Assembly (NCBI GenBank): GCA_049414405.1
Contig: JBMSAQ010000038.1
Span: 1 to 32,000, forward strand
DNA: 32,000 nucleotides
DNA from: Candidatus Nanopusillus sp.
GTDB lineage: Archaea; Nanobdellota; Nanobdellia; Nanobdellales; Nanobdellaceae
Direction of reading: 5' to 3'
In this document: in pieces, positions 26,137-32,000 of the stretch
How positions within the stretch are numbered: position 1 is the first letter of the stretch
Layout of the letters: every line of letters starts with the position of its first letter
Notes under the pieces: generated by a model
Told to the model about the DNA's origin: nothing
The model's database searches: none
What the model saw: the letters and a program-made list of their open reading frames with translations, nothing else
Translations under genes and position numbers: made by a program

Positions 26137-27123
26137 ATGGTTGGAGTATCAAATACTAAATATAACAATACTAATCTTTTAATCGAAATTCAAGCTAAAC
26201 TATATTATGATAAGTTAAGGGATTTTGGATATTCTGAAGAACAGATAGCATCAGCTATACAAAGATTGAGTTCTGAAGACCATGATCGTTATCCATACTT
26301 ACTTGGAGCACTTGTATACTTTATACAAGCCAATCTATATCAAAAAATGGATGTACCTACAATTAAAAAAACATTAAAAGACTTAACAAACTCTTTATTT
26401 TCTTCCATTCGTGATAGTTTAGATTATATACTTCATAAAGCTTTAGACTGGAAGAGTTATTTTTTAATCGGACGTGGTATTCTTGATGAAAAATTTTACT
26501 ACCCAGAATTTCGCAGTTTACATGGAAGTGTATATAAAGTACCCTTGCCATCCGAAGCCTTAGAGCTTTTTCTTAAATATCTATCTAAAAAATATTCCAA
26601 TATTAAAGAACCATCTGAGAAAGCTATAATTAAAAGTATCAAAGACTATTTAAGAAAGAAAATAGAAGAATTAAAAAAATATGAAGAAGAAAATCTACCC
26701 AAATTATTAGAAGAAGGTGTTAAAAGGATCATAGAAATTTATAGAATATTAAAACCAATAATAGAAAATTACTCAACATACATAAAAAATATTGAAATTC
26801 ATGCTAAAAAATCTTTAAAAGATCTTGAAAATAAGTATAAAGAAGGACATTTATCACACGATTATTATTATTTTGAACTACATATGATTAATAGAAAATT
26901 GCATTATGCAGCAAAAATGCGTGATTATATTGAAGGTATTCTTAAGATGTCCTATCTAATAGGAATTAATAAAGTCTCTATAGATAAGATTATGAATTCG
27001 CTAAATAAAGGAGATCCTCCATCAAGTTTAAAAGAAACCTATAATTTATTGTTATCTGAGCAAAAGAAACTTTTTGATTGTGAAATCATGAAAAAAGATT
27101 GGGATTGGTGTACTAAAAGATAA
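26137..27123 (+). CDS. Helical orphan protein, paralog B of the 24101 gene
   Basis: KLRDFGYSEEQIASAI (HTH-like G-x-S-x-x-x-I-A pattern) and EENLPKLLEEGVKRIIEIYR. 5 of 12 Arg codons are CGN. The ATG is fused head-to-head with the 26136 start (CATATG). Confidence 0.6.
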   Translation: MVGVSNTKYNNTNLLIEIQAKLYYDKLRDFGYSEEQIASAIQRLSSEDHDRYPYLLGALVYFIQANLYQKMDVPTIKKTLKDLTNSLFSSIRDSLDYILHKALDWKSYFLIGRGILDEKFYYPEFRSLHGSVYKVPLPSEALELFLKYLSKKYSNIKEPSEKAIIKSIKDYLRKKIEELKKYEEENLPKLLEEGVKRIIEIYRILKPIIENYSTYIKNIEIHAKKSLKDLENKYKEGHLSHDYYYFELHMINRKLHYAAKMRDYIEGILKMSYLIGINKVSIDKIMNSLNKGDPPSSLKETYNLLLSEQKKLFDCEIMKKDWDWCTKR

Positions 27124-27175
27124 TAAAAATTTTCTTATTTTTTAATCAAATTTTTAAAAATTCTTAGTCTAAAAC

Positions 27176-27520
27176 TTAATATTCTTCATATTTATCGATA
27201 AATTTTGAATACCAATTATTATATTCTTCTTCTGATATTATATGTAATTCTATAGGATCTTCTATACCCAATTCACTATATATTTTCGCAGCAATTTCTG
27301 CTCTTTCAAAATTATCCTTAATATTTGGTAATATTATTAATACATCTACATCGCTATCGATTCTATAATTTCCTCTAACAATTGATCCAAATAATATCAC
27401 TCTACAGTTTTTGTCTATTTTATTAATACAAATTTTTTTAATTCTTTTAACATATTCTCTTGCGTTTTTTAATATTTTAATTCTTTCTTCCCACTTATTT
27501 TTAAAGTATTCCAAGTACAT
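27176..27520 (-). CDS. Minimal nucleotidyltransferase (MNT), second copy
   Basis: LFGSIVRGNYRIDSDVDVLII (GS...DxD). Overlaps the upstream HEPN gene by 20 nt. Confidence 0.8.
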   Translation of the reverse strand: MYLEYFKNKWEERIKILKNAREYVKRIKKICINKIDKNCRVILFGSIVRGNYRIDSDVDVLIILPNIKDNFERAEIAAKIYSELGIEDPIELHIISEEEYNNWYSKFIDKYEEY

Positions 27521-27869
27521 TTAATATATTTTTAACTATTTGATAGACTTTTTCTACGGATTTCTTATCGTATGTAAACGGTAGATATCTCGAAGAAATA
27601 TATGCCTGTTTTATTAATTCTAGAGTAACATATTCCTTATCCAATATTTCTTTTAATCTATTATCTTTCGTTAATTCAATAACTTTATTTAATAAAATAA
27701 TAATATCATGTGTTTTATCATATGTTCCGGTTAGTTCATATAATTTATATTTTAAACCTAATTGTAATGCTTGTTCTAAATGAAACATGGCTAAATTATA
27801 TTTTCCCTCATTTAAATTTCTTTCACCTTCTTTAAAGAAATCTGTTGAATTATTTTTAAGGAAATCCAT
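27501..27869 (-). CDS. HEPN domain protein, second copy
   Basis: ...DKTHDIIILL... and ...ISSRYLPFTY... motifs. It has the same gene order (HEPN first, MNT second) as the 4180-4921 pair. Confidence 0.75.
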   Translation of the reverse strand: MDFLKNNSTDFFKEGERNLNEGKYNLAMFHLEQALQLGLKYKLYELTGTYDKTHDIIILLNKVIELTKDNRLKEILDKEYVTLELIKQAYISSRYLPFTYDKKSVEKVYQIVKNILNVLGIL

Positions 27870-27961
27870 ATAAATTTTTTACTTTATAAATTTTAAAGTT
27901 TTTATTTTTATCTAAAATCCAACATTAACATATAAAATATGTAAAATAATTATATAAATTT

Positions 27962-29371
27962 CTACCTACTCATCTTTTTTAATTTTTTCATAACGTTTTT
28001 ATAAATACACCAATAATATACATTTTCATTTGAAAAGTAATTGCACCACGCCCCAATTTTTCCAATATTATCTTTAATAGACAATAAAGCATACATAAAA
28101 ACCTCTGATAAATCATATTTATCAAATTTTTTCATTTCTTCAATAGCATCCAGTATTTTAATAATTACTTTTCTTTTCTTTCCATATTTCTTAATTATAT
28201 ATTCAAAAAGTTCTGCCAAATATTTTACATTAAAGCTTTCATATATTCTTTTTAATATTTTAATATCGCATATAAGTTCATAAAGATCTTTTTTAGCTAA
28301 TTCTTCTTCTAAATATTCTAAATCTCTTTCAGAATTTACCAATCTATATAATCTAAAAGAAACAAACTGAGGATAATATTTTAATATATTTGGATATTTT
28401 GTAAATAAATCCTTTCCCATTAAATTTATAACATTATATAATCTATCATAATCTATAAAATTATACTTTTTATTACTTGTATGAATTATTATATATCTAA
28501 CATTTCTTCCACCTTTATTTATTAGTTGATTAAATATTTCTAATTTTATTTCTTGATTTATTTTTTCATTAAGATATATATTTTCAAAGTATTTTGTTAA
28601 AATAAATAAGAAATCTTTTGCCTTTATTTTTTCAAAGTTTATATTATCTATAAGATCAATAATTGAAGGATCTCTGACAACCTGATTTAAAAGTAATATT
28701 AAATCTTCTTCATTTTGTACCTTATAATATAAACCATTAGAAGAAAATATATTTAATAATTTTACAAATTTTTCCTTTGGAATCTTATCTTTTAACTTTA
28801 TTATAAGAAAAGAATATCCACTAAAATTTCCAATAACTCTTACTATAAAATCTTTTGCTATTTTAATATCTATATCTTTATCAACAATTAAGTTTAGGCT
28901 ATTAGATAAAGCTGTATACATCGTAATTTTTAGTTTATATTTCTCATTTATTAAATATTCTAATATTTCTAATAAAACATTTATTCTTTCTTCGTCTAGA
29001 TTTTCTATGTTTTTTCCAATATTTTCTATTATGAATGTTGTAGATATTTGAAATATTTCTTCACATTTTATTAACATACTTATCAAATCTTTCAAAACTT
29101 TTCCACCAAATCTTTCTTTAATTAAATAAATATAAGTTATAAATTCTTTTGGAATATATAAAATAGATTTTTCCTTAACTAACCATTGAATATATTCAAT
29201 CAACCCATCATTATTAATCATTTCTTCAATAGCTTTTTCACCTTTTAATTTTATTAAATAATCAATATTTTCTTGAACAATTTTTTTCATTTTTTCTATA
29301 TCTAAATTATCATAAATTTCGAGATATTCGCTTTTTGTTATTTTACCTAAAAATTCTTCATAATATTCCAT
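27962..29371 (-). CDS. 469-aa orphan alpha-helical protein, function unknown
   Basis: Long uninterrupted ORF with native-like codon usage (AGA/AGG Arg). No motif recognised. It lies on the same strand as, and 92 nt upstream of, the HEPN-MNT pair. Confidence 0.6.
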   Translation of the reverse strand: MEYYEEFLGKITKSEYLEIYDNLDIEKMKKIVQENIDYLIKLKGEKAIEEMINNDGLIEYIQWLVKEKSILYIPKEFITYIYLIKERFGGKVLKDLISMLIKCEEIFQISTTFIIENIGKNIENLDEERINVLLEILEYLINEKYKLKITMYTALSNSLNLIVDKDIDIKIAKDFIVRVIGNFSGYSFLIIKLKDKIPKEKFVKLLNIFSSNGLYYKVQNEEDLILLLNQVVRDPSIIDLIDNINFEKIKAKDFLFILTKYFENIYLNEKINQEIKLEIFNQLINKGGRNVRYIIIHTSNKKYNFIDYDRLYNVINLMGKDLFTKYPNILKYYPQFVSFRLYRLVNSERDLEYLEEELAKKDLYELICDIKILKRIYESFNVKYLAELFEYIIKKYGKKRKVIIKILDAIEEMKKFDKYDLSEVFMYALLSIKDNIGKIGAWCNYFSNENVYYWCIYKNVMKKLKKMSR

Positions 29372-29428
29372 AATATAATATTATATTTAATTTTTAAATT
29401 TTAACCTTTTTATGTATTTATCAAGAAT

Positions 29429-29521
29429 TTTAAGACAGAGAATTTATAACCGAACCAATAAACAATATTTTATTTGTCTTTAAATCAATTATTGGATATT
29501 CAAGATCATTTGTAAATGATA
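29429..29521 (-). pseudogene. Remnant of a serpin gene 3' end (last about 30 codons plus stop)
   Basis: Translates to ISFTNDLEYPIIDLKTNKILFIGSVINSLS-stop, compared with the intact serpin C-terminus ...PFIFMIIDLKTKEILFIGQVVNPSS-stop. 49 of 63 nt are identical over the last 21 triplets, with the stop codon in the same register. An in-frame stop lies upstream and there is no start codon. Confidence 0.75.
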
Positions 29522-29612
29522 TTCATTAAAATAAGGAAGAACTTAAGCTCTTCAATAGTTTACATTAATTTTTATGAAAATCTTTATAAATGTATACAAA
29601 TAATAAACAATC

Positions 29613-29813
29613 ATGTCTACAGTCATTAGCATTAGGATAAAAAAAAGAAATAAAAGAAGAATTAGAAAAGCATGGAATAGATATTAGCCAAGAAGTAAAA
29701 AAAATTTTTAGAAGAACTTTATGTAAAGGTTAAAGCTAAAGAGTATGTAAATTAAACCTAGTGAAGAGAGTTTCTCTACAAAATCAATAAGAGAAGACCG
29801 TGAGAGTTGTTGA
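29613..29813 (+). pseudogene. vapB: vapB-like antitoxin gene disrupted by two compensating frameshifts
   Basis: Frame 0 gives MSTVISIRIKKEIKEELEKHGIDISQEVKK, then derails to a stop at 29730. Frame +1 continues KFLEELYVKVKAKEYV. Frame 0 then resumes KLNLGEESFSTKSIREDRESC-stop. The shifts map to an A8 run (29696-29703) and an A3 run (29748-29750). The stop overlaps the vapC GTG. A TATA lies at -30..-23. Confidence 0.65.
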
Positions 29814-30195
29814 TTCATCTTCCTTGGTAAAATTTTTCTCTAAAGAAAAAGGTTAGGAAAAAGTAGCTCAAATAATATCTGAAGGAGTTATAACCCTAGA
29901 TTTATCAATAAAAGAGGTTGCCAACGCTTTATGGAAAAAGGTTCTTAAAGGAGATTTGAATGAAGATATTGCGATTAAAATACTTTCCGACTTATTAAAA
30001 CGAGAGGCTATGATAATTGTAAATCAAGACGAATACTTAATAGAGGCGTTTAAAATCGCTAATAGAAATAAAATAACTATTTATGACTCTCTATTTATTG
30101 CATTGGCTAAATCAAAAAATCTTGGGTTAGTAACATCTGATATAAAACAATATGAAATTGCAAAAAATGAAGGAGTAAATGCTTTATTAATATAA
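29800..30195 (+). pseudogene. vapC: PIN-domain (VapC) toxin gene interrupted by an in-frame TAG
   Basis: GTG-RVVDSSSLVKFFSKEKG-TAG(29854-29856)-EKVAQIISEGVITLDLSIKEVANALWKKV...TIYDSLFIALA...LVTSD. The PIN acidic residues are present. TAG is a normal stop elsewhere in this window. Confidence 0.7.
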
Positions 30196-30357
30196 GAAAA
30201 CATTATATAATTAATGAATTTTATTTAAACTCATATTATAACATTCCAAACAACTATAGGATATTAATATAAAAATACTTGCTTTTCATGATTAATAATA
30301 CGTTGGAAATTTTTTAGATTTATTAATACTATTAGTTATCAACTAATAACTATAATT

Positions 30358-31728
30358 TTAAGATGAAGGATTTACAACTTGGCCAATGAATAATATTTCT
30401 TTTGTCTTTAAATCTATTATCATAAATATAAATGGTCTATTTATTTTTATTACTGGTCCTAAAGATACAGGTCGAGCTACTGTAACTGTTGCTGCAGCAG
30501 CTTTAGTTCCTTCTTCATTATTTTCGATATATGTAAACTGCTTAAATAATGAAACATATAAATTTTCATCAAGGCTTTTAAAATATACTATATTTGAAAG
30601 ATTTGAGGATCTTGGATTAAATATTGTGTTTATACCCAAAGATTTAAGATATGGTATTAAATCGTATTTTCCTTCAAAACTAAACTTTGGCATATATAAT
30701 TCATCTACTACAATTTCATTTAAATTATTTAGATAATAATACAAATTATCTAATGTAAGATTTGATATTATATTTGATAGGTCACACAGATTTTCTTCCG
30801 AATTTTCCAATGTAAGATTCGATACTATATTTGATAAGTTATATGGATCTTCACCTTTTAATCTGATGCATGGATTGTCTACAAGACGATGTAGATCATA
30901 ATAAGGATTATATGGAATAATTACAATCATAGCGATATTATTTCCTTTATAAGGTATTTCTATAACTTTTAAATCACCAAAAATTCCATATTTCAATGAA
31001 ACATCATATGCAACCATTGTTTCTACTTCTATAACATCTTTTGGTGAAATATAAAATTTTCTAGGTTTAGTATCTTCTTTTTTAAATTGCTTTGCCCATT
31101 TTCCATGGAAATATATAGCATTTGCTATAACCAATACTGTGCTTTCATTAATATCATATGGTGATATTACATTTTTTATTAAACCGTTTGTATTTTGAGA
31201 TATAAAATTATTTATAGTTTCTGCAGATTTTATTCTATCAGTTACATCTATATTTTCAGTTTTTACTAAGAAATAATCTTTTGCAGTATTTATAAATGTG
31301 GGTTTGAACTCATAATCTTTATTTAAGAATAAACCATTTGCAATTTTTAATTCATAATTACCACCAGTATTCATTAAAATATTGTATAATTCTCCAAAGT
31401 TTGGATTAACATAATTTGGCTCACTTAAATTTAATATATTTTTTAATTCTTCATATGTTTCCCCACCAGCTCCATTATATAATAATAAAAGATTTGAAAA
31501 AACACTATAAGGAGAAATCATAATATTACTAGTCGGATTATCCTGCTGAATTACTTTAAATAATTTAAGTCCAAAATTGTTACTAGAATTTACTACATGA
31601 CTTAATCCTTCAGGAGTCCATCCTGTATTTTTAGCAATCTTAATAGGTGTATTAGAAAATTCATAAAATAAAAATATTAATACAATTCCTAATAATGCAA
31701 TTAAAGTAATTTTAATATGTAATCTCAT
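30358..31728 (-). CDS. Serpin (serine protease inhibitor), N-terminally membrane-anchored, inhibitory-type reactive-centre loop
   Basis: NIMISPYSV...LLYNGAGGET, the hinge EEGTKAAAAT, and RCL ...VTVARPV-SLGPVIKINRPFIFMI. The RCL aligns residue for residue with alpha1-antitrypsin ...[20 protein letters not shown], which puts Val at P1. The N-terminal TM helix is ITLIALLGIVLIFLFY. Confidence 0.9.
   Translation of the reverse strand: MRLHIKITLIALLGIVLIFLFYEFSNTPIKIAKNTGWTPEGLSHVVNSSNNFGLKLFKVIQQDNPTSNIMISPYSVFSNLLLLYNGAGGETYEELKNILNLSEPNYVNPNFGELYNILMNTGGNYELKIANGLFLNKDYEFKPTFINTAKDYFLVKTENIDVTDRIKSAETINNFISQNTNGLIKNVISPYDINESTVLVIANAIYFHGKWAKQFKKEDTKPRKFYISPKDVIEVETMVAYDVSLKYGIFGDLKVIEIPYKGNNIAMIVIIPYNPYYDLHRLVDNPCIRLKGEDPYNLSNIVSNLTLENSEENLCDLSNIISNLTLDNLYYYLNNLNEIVVDELYMPKFSFEGKYDLIPYLKSLGINTIFNPRSSNLSNIVYFKSLDENLYVSLFKQFTYIENNEEGTKAAAATVTVARPVSLGPVIKINRPFIFMIIDLKTKEILFIGQVVNPSS
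30751..30837 (-). repeat. In-frame internal duplication (57-nt period) inside the serpin gene
   Basis: The 30-nt cores at 30751-30780 and 30808-30837 are 26/30 identical. They encode LSNIVSNLTLEN and LSNIISNLTLDN, each with NLS and NLT sequons. Confidence 0.85.
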
Positions 31729-32000
31729 TCAATTTAATTAAATTATGCTTTTATAAATTTAATGATTTTTAAAAGTTTCCAACTTTTTCGTTTAATTTAA
31801 AAAAATTCTGAAAAATATAAACGGAATAATTGTTCAACTTTATTTTAATATATAATAAAAAAGATGTAATTGATTTAGCAGCTGCCGAACTATATGGAAT
31901 TTCTAAAGAAGAATTAGAGCAATTTTTATGATTTATAATTTAAAAATATTTTCCGAAAAAATCCAATAATATCTTCTTTAATTAAATTCTAATTATCGTA

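Noticed and set aside
29854-29856. In-frame TAG in vapC as possible pyrrolysine or stop-codon recoding
   Set aside because: TAG terminates several intact genes in this window (for example at 355-357, 12237-12239 and 23674-23676). No pyl genes or PYLIS-like context is visible. A nonsense mutation, perhaps TGG to TAG, is the simpler explanation.
720-30736. Numerous 60-115-aa ORFs in the track lying antisense or out of frame inside larger genes. Examples: 720-905, 1002-1193, 1219-1497, 2739-3026, 3180-3413, 3486-3692, 6328-6546, 7389-7700, 8514-8816, 8860-9069, 9706-9912, 10279-10464, 11804-12022, 12973-13164, 14800-15132, 17751-17990, 20927-21121, 22002-22247, 22968-23192, 23216-23404, 26363-26551, 28041-28283 and 30386-30736.
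   Set aside because: Each is fully nested in a longer ORF that has recognisable motifs or a well-placed TATA box. Their products are low-complexity L/F/I/S/Y-rich strings typical of shadow frames in AT-rich DNA.
31830-31931. 33-codon ORF (TTG start) ending ...KDVIDLAAAELYGISKEELEQFL-stop, resembling the C-terminus of a small HTH or antitoxin-like protein
   Set aside because: It is too short, has a non-ATG start, lacks a well-placed TATA and has no partner gene. At most it is a gene remnant, and it cannot be supported from sequence alone.
1-32000. Scan for CRISPR arrays, rRNA genes, integrases/transposases and further G+C-rich RNA islands
   Set aside because: No regularly spaced direct repeats were found. 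The only G+C-rich patches are the two tRNAs and the C/D sRNA. No recombinase motifs were recognised in any ORF. The scan was done by eye and is not exhaustive.

Overview
This is a very AT-rich, tightly packed archaeal window. Hand counts give about 17% GC in a typical 100-nt coding stretch and about 40% in the accessory genes. Archaeal markers are present: RNA polymerase subunit D/Rpo3, ribosomal protein eS1 (S3Ae), archaeal-type triosephosphate isomerase, archaeal-type LeuRS, RNase Z, and a bifunctional PGI/PMI. Two tRNAs (Gly-GCC, Ser-GCU) have almost pure G:C stems despite the AT-rich background. Together with the scrambled gene order (rpoD is orphaned from any ribosomal-protein operon), this fits a small-genome thermophilic DPANN/Nanoarchaeota-like archaeon; that assignment is inference only.

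Most genes carry a TATA-like TTATAAA/TTTATATA about 22-32 nt upstream of the ATG and no Shine-Dalgarno, which implies mostly leaderless mRNAs. Genes overlap or abut closely: same-strand overlaps of 11-23 nt, a convergent overlap of 15 nt, convergent stop codons with 0 nt between them, and one divergent pair whose start codons share a CATATG.

Features not in the ORF track:
- A textbook C/D-box sRNA on the minus strand overlapping the stop codon of the P-type ATPase (9525-9587).
- tRNA-Gly wedged 8 nt and 4 nt between two CDS.
- A decayed vapBC module bracketed by a serpin 3'-end remnant and an intact, membrane-anchored, inhibitory-type serpin.

The most interesting region is the accessory island at about 22.3-30.2 kb. 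It contains an HExxH protein isolated by 450/424-nt spacers, and two divergent paralogous helical proteins flanking a PglZ/alkaline-phosphatase-superfamily enzyme. It also holds a HEPN-MNT pair, a 469-aa orphan, and the decayed vapBC. The three plus-strand orphans use CGN arginine codons that housekeeping genes here essentially never use, which points to foreign origin. I propose this as a candidate uncharacterised, possibly defence-type module.

A second HEPN-MNT pair and a DUF4143-type ATPase sit at 4.2-6.2 kb. I saw no rRNA, CRISPR array, integrase or transposase. All homology calls come from motif recognition by eye, with no database search.
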